Below are positions 1 to 8,533 of a stretch of DNA of 21,707 nt, piece by piece. Under the pieces are notes generated by a model, which worked only from the letters and a program-made list of their open reading frames with translations, was not told where the DNA came from and made no database searches. Where the stretch lies: assembly GCA_048937405.1 (NCBI GenBank), contig JBHLNF010000024.1, forward strand, positions 1 to 21,707, in the 5' to 3' direction. The translations under genes were made by a program, and so were the position numbers. Within the stretch, counting starts at the first letter, position 1; every line of letters begins with the position of its first letter. This DNA comes from Promethearchaeota archaeon (GTDB lineage Archaea; Asgardarchaeota; Lokiarchaeia; Sigyniarchaeales; SOKP01).

Positions 1-504
1 AGAAGAGTAATAACGGGTCATAATGACGAGGGTAAATCAATTGTAGCTTATGACGGGCCCCCTATCAAATTAAGAAGTTTATTTGAGATGTGGGTCACAG
101 ATAGTTCACCTGCAGATAATAAGCATAAAATTGATGCTGCTAAGCGAAAAGTAAGACTTGAACCTCCGCCAAATGGTTCCATATTTCGATTCTTTAAGAT
201 ATTTTCTGAAAATCCATCAATATCAACTGAGGAATTGGAAAAGGACATAGCTACAAGATTTGCTGCTATGGATGCGACTCATTGTCGTATAGATACTTCA
301 AGAAGTCCTGGTATGCATAAAACTAAAACGATCGATTATATAATATTGCTAGAAGGAGAAGTTACACTCCTCTTGGATGAGGGTGAGGTGGATTTAAAAC
401 CATTTGATGTGGTAATTCAACGGGGTACAAATCACGCTTGGGTTAATAAAGGCTCTAAACCCGCTCTTTTAGCCGCAGTCTTAATAGATGCTGAACCAAT
501 TTAA
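1..504 (+). CDS. Cupin domain protein (5'-partial, starts upstream of window)
   Basis: The frame is open from base 1 (RRVITGHNDEGKSIV..., a typical N-terminus for this cupin family). Cupin motifs MHKTKTIDYIILLEGE and GTNHAWVN; stop TAA at 502-504. Confidence 0.9.
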   Translation, partial: RRVITGHNDEGKSIVAYDGPPIKLRSLFEMWVTDSSPADNKHKIDAAKRKVRLEPPPNGSIFRFFKIFSENPSISTEELEKDIATRFAAMDATHCRIDTSRSPGMHKTKTIDYIILLEGEVTLLLDEGEVDLKPFDVVIQRGTNHAWVNKGSKPALLAAVLIDAEPI

Positions 505-529
505 TGTTATTTTATTCAAATTTTTTTAC

Positions 530-580
530 CAAAACAAGCAAAAGAAAGCCCTTCCCTTTAGGGATGGGATGGATTTTGCT
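530..580 (+). repeat. IS left-end subterminal hairpin (TnpA recognition site)
   Basis: CCCTTCCC/GGGATGGG stem with one T-T mismatch (549-568), preceded by AAAG. Outer AGCAAAA/TTTTGCT pairing at 537-543/574-580. Confidence 0.85.
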
Positions 581-643
581 GTGAACATCATTAAATCATT
601 TCAGTCTATCTTTTAAAATAGGTAACATAAGATACTACTTATA

Positions 644-1894
644 ATGCTTCGTATCAACATCTTAGAACTGAACCCTTCCACCCAACAGAGGAAGATTCTT
701 AGCAAAATGTTGGTAAGATCTAGTGCCATTTGGAACCTAGGGAATTATGCAAGGCGACAAGCATTCTTTCATAAAGATATAAAGAGTCCATCTTATTATG
801 TTCAATGTAAAGAACTAAAGAACAACGATCTTTATAAATCGTTAGGATCCGCATATTCCCAGCAATTTTTAAAGAAATTGGATAAATCATGGCAGTCATT
901 TTGGAATTCTTTAAAATCTGAGAATATTGCACATAAGGTATCAATCCCTCGCTATTTTAAGAATTATAAGACTAATCAAACACTCCCTAAATTATTGATT
1001 TGTCGAAACGATTGTTACCATATTGATCGGGATTATATTTATATTTCTTGTTCCAAGGACTTAAAGGAAGAATATAGAAGGAAAGGACTCATGAAAATAA
1101 GATATAAAGGCATAAGAAAATGGAAGGGAGAGCAAAAGGCTATGGAGATTAAATATATTCCCTATATTAAGAAATTTTATGCGTATCAGACTGAAGAGGT
1201 AGCTTCTACGCCCATAGACTTTGAAGAAGAGAATATTTGTTCTATCGATTTGGGAATTAAGCGATATCTTACCACCTACATTAAAACCTCTGAAGATATC
1301 TCTCTTATCTATGAATCAGGGCATATATTTCAAGAATATCTCATTCTTTCAAGAAGAATCGCCTCTTATCAAGCAAGAGCTAAAAACGAGAATAACACCT
1401 ACACTACTCATAGAATTAGGAGATTATATCTTAAAAGAAGACGAAAACTCCATAACTATCTTAATAATATTGTGGCACATTTATTTCGGAAATTGAAGCA
1501 CTATCAGGTCTCTAAGGTAGTAATCGGAGAATTAAAAGGGATTAGAGATTCTCAAATTCCCTCCTATTATAAAAATAAGAAAAAGATCAATGAAATGATT
1601 CAAAACTTCTGGTCAGTTGATCTTTTAAAAAAAAAAATAAAAAATAAATGTGAGGAGTTTGGAGTTGAACTTGTGGAAGTCGATGAAGCCTATACATCTT
1701 CTACTTGTCCCATGTGTAATAAGAAGGTCCGTCCGAATGATAGAATGTTTAAGTGTCCTCATTGTGGGTATAAGCAAGATAGAGATGTGGTAGGGGGTAT
1801 TAATATTCTTAAGAAATATTATCATGATCATCAGATTGATGATGTAAGGGTAGAGAACTATCCTTTAGTGTCTACGATTCTCATTGAATCATAG
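644..1894 (+). CDS. tnpB: RNA-guided endonuclease TnpB (IS200/IS605 family)
   Basis: 416 aa. N-terminal 'ELNPSTQQ' segment, RuvC-I SIDLG, RuvC-II VIGEL, EAYTSSTCPMC...FKCPHCG zinc finger, RuvC-III DRDVVGGINI. All three acidic catalytic residues are present. Confidence 0.95.
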   Translation: MLRINILELNPSTQQRKILSKMLVRSSAIWNLGNYARRQAFFHKDIKSPSYYVQCKELKNNDLYKSLGSAYSQQFLKKLDKSWQSFWNSLKSENIAHKVSIPRYFKNYKTNQTLPKLLICRNDCYHIDRDYIYISCSKDLKEEYRRKGLMKIRYKGIRKWKGEQKAMEIKYIPYIKKFYAYQTEEVASTPIDFEEENICSIDLGIKRYLTTYIKTSEDISLIYESGHIFQEYLILSRRIASYQARAKNENNTYTTHRIRRLYLKRRRKLHNYLNNIVAHLFRKLKHYQVSKVVIGELKGIRDSQIPSYYKNKKKINEMIQNFWSVDLLKKKIKNKCEEFGVELVEVDEAYTSSTCPMCNKKVRPNDRMFKCPHCGYKQDRDVVGGINILKKYYHDHQIDDVRVENYPLVSTILIES

Positions 1895-1953
1895 GGACTA
1901 CGAATCCATACCCGATGAGGAATGGTAGTTCAATTCTTTTTTAATACTAACAT
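1801..1953 (+). ncRNA. Predicted omegaRNA/reRNA of TnpB (scaffold ~1801-1933, guide ~1934-1953)
   Basis: Consecutive hairpins at 1801-1821, 1827-1843, 1846-1865, 1866-1900 and 1906-1925 overlap the tnpB 3' end and run to TCAA. TnpB reRNAs are known to derive from this position. The 5' boundary is uncertain. Confidence 0.7.
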
Positions 1954-2136
1954 GCGATTCTCACATATATTCTCATACCATTTCTTATTTTTACGAAGTT
2001 CTGAAACAATATTCATACACATAAATTCCTTGTAATTGCTATATTTTTCTGGTAATTCGTTTTCTACTGATGGCATTCTTTTTATAACTTTTCTTTTTAG
2101 TTTATCTTTTTCACATAACCTACATTTTACTTCCAT
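1930..2136 (-). CDS. Small Cys-rich putative zinc-ribbon protein (68 aa)
   Basis: MEVKCRLC...FMC...ICENRM. AAGGT SD lies 7 nt upstream of the ATG. The TGA stop lies inside the IS right end. Confidence 0.65.
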   Translation of the reverse strand: MEVKCRLCEKDKLKRKVIKRMPSVENELPEKYSNYKEFMCMNIVSELRKNKKWYENICENRMLVLKKN

Positions 2137-2576
2137 TTTTTTACCTTTTTTAAAAATATTCTAAACGTCCATTTTGTATTCGAACACACAATTATTAACA
2201 CAAATTTCAAATTTTTAATATGCATTTTAAAGTAGACGTAATTACTAGACAAGTGAATTACGAACATTTAAACTTTGTAGTTTAGAATTATTGTTGGTTA
2301 AAATCTCTTATATTTTTCAAGATTTTGATTTTATAAACAGGATCTACACACAGGAAAAAAGCTAGTTCTTGCTAAAATTTCAAAATTTTTCACTTTTTTT
2401 TCTTAAAATATTTTAGTTTAACCCTATTAAAAAATAAATAAGGAAAGTATTTTTATTACAAAATTTGAATTATAATTTTCATAATACCAAGGTTTATTAA
2501 ACTTAAAACTATATTTTAAATACTTGAACAGAGAAATTTCAATGTTACAAGTATAAAATTAAAAATTGGTGAAAGT

Positions 2577-2717
2577 ATGTCTCATAGAAGTTATGGCAAT
2601 AGAACGATGCACAAAGCTACATGCGCTAATTGTGGAAAGGAGTGCGAAGTTCCATTTAAGCCTACGGAAGGCAGAGATGTTTATTGTCGAGAATGTTATA
2701 GAAAGCATAGAAGATAA
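2577..2717 (+). CDS. CxxC-x17-CxxC domain small zinc-finger protein (46 aa, absent from the ORF track)
   Basis: Translation MSHRSYGNRTMHKATCANCGKECEVPFKPTEGRDVYCRECYRKHRR* matches the family pattern CxxCG...VPFKP..GR.VYCxxC. GGTGA SD at 2568-2572. Confidence 0.93.
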   Translation: MSHRSYGNRTMHKATCANCGKECEVPFKPTEGRDVYCRECYRKHRR

Positions 2718-3161
2718 TTTATTCTATTTTTTCTAAGTTTAGTTATAAACAAAAACTTATTTTCTAACTTATTAAGTAATACCTTATTTTTTTTTATTTT
2801 CTTTTTAAGTCCTAGATCTATAAGAATAAACCTACATAAAATAATTAAAGTCCACGTTTAAAGGCATCAACCAGTTCAAGTTTAAATATTAGAAGATTTT
2901 TATCAATATTTTGAGTTAAAAATGGGGACTAGAGACTAATGATTAATTTTACAAAAGATCAAATTTTTGGGTATATTGATTATTTCTTCTGATTCCTGAT
3001 ATGAAAAAATTCTATCTTTTCATATTTCTCCCAGAATTAATATAGTTCATTACAGATTTTCGATATTTATGGGGAATTTTATTCCATTTTTTAACGTATA
3101 TATAAAAGGCTTATTACCTTAACAAACATAATATATTTAAGAATTTTATTTTTTAAGCGAC

Positions 3162-3380
3162 ATGGAGAAATCAAACGAAATATCACAAATGATAGAGAGA
3201 TTGAAAGAGATTAAACAAGAAGAGAAAATAATAGTGCCTAAGTGTGAATTCTGTGGTAAATCCATCGTGGGTAGTAAGTGGAATAAGGAATATCATCATA
3301 TTAATATATGTCAAGAAAAAAAAAAACGATTTTTTTGTTCCCGTCAATGTAAATTAAATTGGATTTTTACAAATTTTTAA
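3162..3380 (+). CDS. Small TRASH/MYM-like zinc-finger protein (72 aa)
   Basis: KCEFCGKSI...FFCSRQCK motif following a short N-terminal helix. Confidence 0.8.
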   Translation: MEKSNEISQMIERLKEIKQEEKIIVPKCEFCGKSIVGSKWNKEYHHINICQEKKKRFFCSRQCKLNWIFTNF

Positions 3381-3463
3381 TTTTATTTTATTGTTATTAC
3401 TTGATACTTAGGGATATTTTTAATTCCAATGTATAAAGAGGAAAAATAAAAAGAGAATTAGCC

Positions 3464-4324
3464 TTAATGCACTAGAGTTAATGGTTCTTCTTTAAATAAA
3501 TGTTCACTTAATTCCCACAATCTTTTTTGAGTTTCCAGATTGTATGATGCTTCCGATGAGTCAACAGGTTCACACTTTACGAAATATTTTCCTGTTATTC
3601 CTTGGACTTCGGGTGAACTTGCTAGGTAAATGGATGTTTTAGCACCCTTTTTAACACTTATAGCAAAGAGTCTAGCGAATGCAAATAATACTTTTAATAG
3701 AGTATTCCGTCCACGTTTACCAAAGTTAGATCTTACAAATCCAGGATGAAGTGCATTAACTGTCACTCCCGTCCCTTCAAGTCTTCGAGCGAGTTCATAT
3801 GTAAAAAGCAAATTTGCTAGTTTTGAATTAGAATAGGCAAGAAAGCTTCTGTAATGCTTCTTCTGGTTAATATCATTGAAATTTAGGTTAGCTCTTCTGT
3901 GAAGAGCAGAAGCTACATTAATAATCCTTGAAGGGGTCGATTGTTTTAAGGTATCTAATAACAATTGTGTTAAGAGAAAATGCCCCAAATGGTTGACGGC
4001 AAATGTTTTTTCATATCCTAAGGGGGTAATGATCTTCTTACTTATTGATGTGCCTGCATTATTTATCAAAACATCGAGTCTATCATACTTTTCTTTAAAT
4101 TGAGTGACTGCTTTACGAATTGAATCTGGATCAGCTAAATCAGCAATAAATAATTCAATATTGTCAGAATAAGTTACTTTTTTGAGCTCCTGAAGCGCTG
4201 CTTCTCCTCGTTCCTTACTACGACAAAGCATAACAATTGTAGCGCCTCTTTCCGCTAAAACTCTTGCGGTTTCTTTACCAATTCCCGAATTTGCACCTGT
4301 TATCATAACAATTTTTCCATACAT
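3464..4324 (-). CDS. Short-chain dehydrogenase/reductase (retinol dehydrogenase-like)
   Basis: TGANSGIG, LINNAG, NHLGHFLLT, YSNSK catalytic motif, LHPGFV. Confidence 0.95.
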   Translation of the reverse strand: MYGKIVMITGANSGIGKETARVLAERGATIVMLCRSKERGEAALQELKKVTYSDNIELFIADLADPDSIRKAVTQFKEKYDRLDVLINNAGTSISKKIITPLGYEKTFAVNHLGHFLLTQLLLDTLKQSTPSRIINVASALHRRANLNFNDINQKKHYRSFLAYSNSKLANLLFTYELARRLEGTGVTVNALHPGFVRSNFGKRGRNTLLKVLFAFARLFAISVKKGAKTSIYLASSPEVQGITGKYFVKCEPVDSSEASYNLETQKRLWELSEHLFKEEPLTLVH

Positions 4325-4715
4325 CCTAATATTACTACTTTCATAATTTTCAATTTCTATGGTACATCACCAAAAACTAGACATAAAAGTATTAACTTAA
4401 GTTCAAGCATAATAAAAAATAAAATATCATGAGAAATCAACAGAATTCGATAAAGAGTTTTTAATTTTATGTTATAATTTGAAGGTAATACTTAATTAAA
4501 TCTATTTATTAACTCCAAATAATTTAAAGTTATCCTTCTTGTAGGTTCACAAAATTTAGAATAGAATTTATTACACCATAATACATATGTTATATCGGAT
4601 TGAGGTTTTGGTATATCTCTAACTTTTTCAATATAAAGAAAAATAATGGGAATCTATGATCAATAATATATTTAAAAGATAAAGAGAACTAATTAAGAAA
4701 GGGAGGTGTAAATAA

Positions 4716-4910
4716 ATGCCAAATGTTACCATAGATGGTCCTTCAATTAAGGATTTGGAAATAAAGAGAACATTGGTCAAAGAAATAACTGATGCTTTAG
4801 AAAAGGCTTATAAGATACCTAGAGATGCTTATATAGTTGTAATAAAGGAGAATCTCGCTGAAAATGTAGGAATTGGTGGAAAATTATTAATAGATCGAGC
4901 ACAAAAATAA
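4716..4910 (+). CDS. dmpI: 4-oxalocrotonate tautomerase family protein (archaeal DmpI type)
   Basis: Catalytic Pro-1 after the Met (MPNVTIDGP), KRTLVKEIT, ENVGIGG. GGAGGTG SD 7 nt upstream. Confidence 0.9.
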   Translation: MPNVTIDGPSIKDLEIKRTLVKEITDALEKAYKIPRDAYIVVIKENLAENVGIGGKLLIDRAQK

Positions 4911-5205
4911 GCTAAAGAACAGATTTTAAAAATAAATGAGAAAGATACCTAAACAAAATTGGATAAAAGAACATAACTAATTGTGGAATTATTTAAATTA
5001 CAATGTACGATTAATGTTGAATTGAAACACTAATCGAGAGAAATAATAGGAAAATTACGCTAAAAAAAAATAATTTAATTAAATAATTAGATTCTTTTCA
5101 AGATTACTAGAATTTAATTAGAAAATCTTTTTAAGTAAGAAAAAATACAAAATCCTATAAAAAAAGAAATATAATAAATGTTGAAATCATTAAAGGGAGA
5201 TAACA

Positions 5206-6105
5206 ATGATAATTGATACACATTGTCATATTTGGCCAGAAGAATTATTATCTGGTAAGCTACAAGATATCCTTATTGCCACAGCGAAGCAATTAAAATT
5301 TGATTATCATTTAATTTTAAATGGAACTCCAGAAAGGTTAATACCAGAAATGAATGAAGCGGGAATAGATAAAACAGTGATATTTGGATTAGATTATGAG
5401 TTTAGATTCCGAGGAAAGATAGGTTATAAGGAATTTAATGATATCGTTGCTGGTTATGTAAATGATTATCCTGACAGATTGATAGGGTTTGCAGCTATTG
5501 ATCCAAGAAGGGGTGAAGCTGCCACCCAAGAGCTTGAGAGGTGTGTGGAGGAACTTGGATTCTCAGGAGTGAAACTTTGGACATTAACAGGATTTTATCC
5601 AGATGATCCTAAATTTTACCCTTTTTATAAGAGGGTTGAAGAGCTAGGGTCGGTACTATTATATCATACTGGTATGGGGCCTTCCATGACATATCTTAAA
5701 TATTGTAGGCCAGAATATGTCGATACTGTTGCTGTAGATTTTCCCAAAATCAAAATAATAATGGCACATATGGGAGATCCATGGATAAATGAGGCTATCG
5801 CAGTGGCTACTAAAAATCCTAATGTATATATTGATATTTCTGCATGGGAGCCAGTCTTCAAAATGGCTCCATTTGCTTTTCTCCAAACTTTAGTTCAAGC
5901 AAAGCAGTCATGTGGAATAGATAAAATCTTATTTGGGTCAGATTGGCCTATGTTCACTCCAATTTTATCTCTTGAAAAATGGGTAAAAGGAATCAAGACC
6001 ATGAAATTACCACCTCCACTTAAATTAATGGGGCTACCTGAATTTACTGAGGAGGAAAAAAACAAGATTCTGGGAGGAAATGCCACAAAAATATTTGGTT
6101 TATAG
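5206..6105 (+). CDS. Amidohydrolase family 2 protein (LigI/decarboxylase-like TIM barrel)
   Basis: IIDTHCH, HTG, AHMG, ILFGSDWP, KILGGNA motifs. Confidence 0.93.
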   Translation: MIIDTHCHIWPEELLSGKLQDILIATAKQLKFDYHLILNGTPERLIPEMNEAGIDKTVIFGLDYEFRFRGKIGYKEFNDIVAGYVNDYPDRLIGFAAIDPRRGEAATQELERCVEELGFSGVKLWTLTGFYPDDPKFYPFYKRVEELGSVLLYHTGMGPSMTYLKYCRPEYVDTVAVDFPKIKIIMAHMGDPWINEAIAVATKNPNVYIDISAWEPVFKMAPFAFLQTLVQAKQSCGIDKILFGSDWPMFTPILSLEKWVKGIKTMKLPPPLKLMGLPEFTEEEKNKILGGNATKIFGL

Positions 6106-6208
6106 GTTTTTTCAATTGTAAAAGTATATGAAGGAATCAAATATTAGGTATTAATTAAAAGTAGTAATAAATGTATCTAAATAGAGATTCACATTAGAGA
6201 GGATTATT

Positions 6209-7009
6209 ATGGGAGAACGTTTGAAGAATAAGGTCGCTATTGTAATAGGAGCAGGACAACAACCAGGAGATACCATAGGGAATGGAAGGGCAATTTCAAT
6301 TCTTTTTGCTCGTGAGGGTGCTAAAGTAATGCTTGTTGACAAAAATATTGATTCTGCTCAAGAAACAAAAGCAATGATTGATAAGGAAGGTAATGAATCG
6401 TTCGCGTTTAAAGCCGATATTGTAAGAGAGGATGACTGTCGTCAAATAATTGAAAAATGTATTGATTTATATGGTAGAATTGATATCTTAGTCAATAATG
6501 TTGGTACTGGAACTGGAGATAACAATTTAGTAAGGATGAGTGAAGATATTTGGGATAAAATTATTAACACAAACCTTAAAGGAATGTTTTTTACATGTAA
6601 ATATGTCTTACCAGTAATGGAGAAACAAGAAAGCGGGTCTATTATCAATATATCTTCTATTGCGGCTATTTGTTCCACAGCTTTAGCAGTTTACAAAATA
6701 TCAAAATCAGGAGTTAATGCTTTAACTCATCAACTTGCTTTAAAATATGCGGAGAAAGGAATCCGCGTCAATGCGATTATGCCTGGTCTTATGAATACAC
6801 CTATGGCTATTGAAGGAAGATCTAAAGCGACAGGGAGAAGTAAAGAAGAAGTCATCAAATATAGGAATAATATGGTACCATTAAAAGGAGGGATGGGAGA
6901 TGCTTGGGATACTGCTTATGCTGCTCTTTTCTTATCTTCGGATGAGGCAAAATTTATTACTTCCGTTATACTCCCAGTAGACGGTGGTCAAAGTTCAAGA
7001 AGAGGATAA
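6209..7009 (+). CDS. Short-chain dehydrogenase/reductase (FabG-like)
   Basis: GAGQ...GNG, LVNNVG, YKISK, IRVNAIMPG, VDGG. Confidence 0.93.
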   Translation: MGERLKNKVAIVIGAGQQPGDTIGNGRAISILFAREGAKVMLVDKNIDSAQETKAMIDKEGNESFAFKADIVREDDCRQIIEKCIDLYGRIDILVNNVGTGTGDNNLVRMSEDIWDKIINTNLKGMFFTCKYVLPVMEKQESGSIINISSIAAICSTALAVYKISKSGVNALTHQLALKYAEKGIRVNAIMPGLMNTPMAIEGRSKATGRSKEEVIKYRNNMVPLKGGMGDAWDTAYAALFLSSDEAKFITSVILPVDGGQSSRRG

Positions 7010-7078
7010 ACTAACAAAAATATTAGCTTAATAGAATTTTTGAATAGATTGTTGTTTTGAGATTGAGGTGAAATAATA

Positions 7079-7696
7079 ATTACAAAAAAAGTAGAAGATT
7101 TCCAAAAACAAGGAAAAAATGTTGGGCAAGAAAGGGTAAGGCTTACGCACCCCAGAGTAAATCCATTAGAAGAATCTGAGTGGAATGAGGATGTTAGAGA
7201 TATTTTACAACCAATGATGGATGAAGAAACAGGTCGAGTTATTAATATTCATAAAACCATGGCTAGGTATCCAGATCTACTTAGACGCTGGCTTGTATTC
7301 GCAAGACATATTTTGTTTAAGTCTTCTCTCCCAGCGAGGGAACGAGAGATTCTCATACTTCGTATAGGATGGCTTTGTCAAGCAGAATACGAATTTGGTC
7401 AGCATGCCATAACAGGTAAAGAAAGCGGACTTAATGATGAAGAAATTCAAATGATCATGGAAGGTCCAGATTCAAAAGGATGGAGTAGCTTTGACGCGAC
7501 TCTGTTAAAAGCTGTAGATGAGCTTTATTATGATGCTTTTATTAGTGATCCTACCTGGAAGGCACTTTCTGAAAAATATAATACGCAACAAATCATAGAT
7601 TTGGTTTTTACTGTAGGACAATATAATCTTGTAAGTATGGCACTAAATACTCTCGGAGTTCAATTGGAAGAGGGTACTAAAGGGTTTCCAAAGTAA
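7079..7696 (+). CDS. Carboxymuconolactone decarboxylase / AhpD-like protein (first ATG at 7214; frame extends to a probable ATT/ATA start at 7076-7079)
   Basis: LPAREREILILRIG...YEFGQH...LLKAVDEL...VGQYN. The upstream in-frame sequence PRVNPLEESEW is typical of the family N-terminus. GAGGTG SD at 7065-7070. Confidence 0.88.
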   Translation: MTKKVEDFQKQGKNVGQERVRLTHPRVNPLEESEWNEDVRDILQPMMDEETGRVINIHKTMARYPDLLRRWLVFARHILFKSSLPAREREILILRIGWLCQAEYEFGQHAITGKESGLNDEEIQMIMEGPDSKGWSSFDATLLKAVDELYYDAFISDPTWKALSEKYNTQQIIDLVFTVGQYNLVSMALNTLGVQLEEGTKGFPK

Positions 7697-7821
7697 AGGG
7701 AGCATTATAATATTCTCATTTTTCAAATTCTATATGGGAGAATAGTTAACAAATAGAAATTTTCTTTTTCTTATTTTTTTGGTTTTAAGAGTAGATTAAG
7801 CGAATTTATATTTTATGTCAA

Positions 7822-8418
7822 TCATCCATTTACTCGTCCTAAATAATGAAGATAGAATCTATTATTATTGTATTCAACATAAGTAGCTGATCCATGAGGT
7901 ATTTTAAGGTTCCAATAATTTGAAAGGGGAATTTGGAGTAAATTAATGAGAACTGCTCGAATTGGACCTCCATGTGTAAATACAAAACAAGTTGAGTCTA
8001 AGGAATCTAATAAAATTTTTATAACTTTTTCTATTCGTGAGCATAACATTGAAACTGATTCTCCGTTTGGTGGAGTAAATTGATCAGGAACATCCATCCA
8101 TTTAGTAAAATCCTTAGAATGGTTTTTATTTAATTCTTCAAAAGTTAATCCTTCCCAATCACCGAAATCTATCTCTTTTAATTCACTTAATTCGATAACC
8201 TTGATGTTTTTTCTCTCTAGCATTATTTCAACTGACTGTTTTGCTCTAAGAAGGGGGCTATAATAAAAAAAGGTGGGATTATATATTTTTAAAAAAGATT
8301 TGAGACGTTGGATTTGATTAATACCCGTCTTATTTAAAGGTTCATTGGTTCGACTGCCACATAGTCTTTGATGAAGAGATGAATCCGTTTGGCCATGCCT
8401 AATGAAGATAATTTTCAT
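7822..8418 (-). CDS. Histidine phosphatase / phosphoglycerate mutase family (CobC-like)
   Basis: RHGQT, SPLLRA, EIDFGDWEG, PPNGES, THGG motifs. Confidence 0.93.
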   Translation of the reverse strand: MKIIFIRHGQTDSSLHQRLCGSRTNEPLNKTGINQIQRLKSFLKIYNPTFFYYSPLLRAKQSVEIMLERKNIKVIELSELKEIDFGDWEGLTFEELNKNHSKDFTKWMDVPDQFTPPNGESVSMLCSRIEKVIKILLDSLDSTCFVFTHGGPIRAVLINLLQIPLSNYWNLKIPHGSATYVEYNNNRFYLHYLGRVNG

Positions 8419-8533
8419 AAGATTTATCTATTTTCCGAAAGCAGATTAGAATAAGTAATAACCTTATTTTATCATATTTTTCATCAATATTTTAATACCT
8501 GTAGAGGACGTTTCTGAAAGTTTTTTCTCGATT

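Larger units (their letters stand above)
530..1933 (+). mobile_element. Non-autonomous IS200/IS605-family element (tnpB only, IS1341-like) with IS608-type ends
   Basis: Left end: target TTAC (526-529), 15 nt, guide AAAG (545-548), hairpin CCCTTCCC-TTTA-GGGATGGG (549-568). Right end: GAAT (1902-1905), hairpin CCATACC...GGAATGG, terminal TCAA (1930-1933). It encloses tnpB; no tnpA. Confidence 0.88.

Noticed and set aside
2126-2142. TTTAC followed by TTCCATTTTT as a second target for the first TnpB guide
   Set aside because: There are two mismatches in the seed and the match is low-complexity poly-T, so it is expected by chance.
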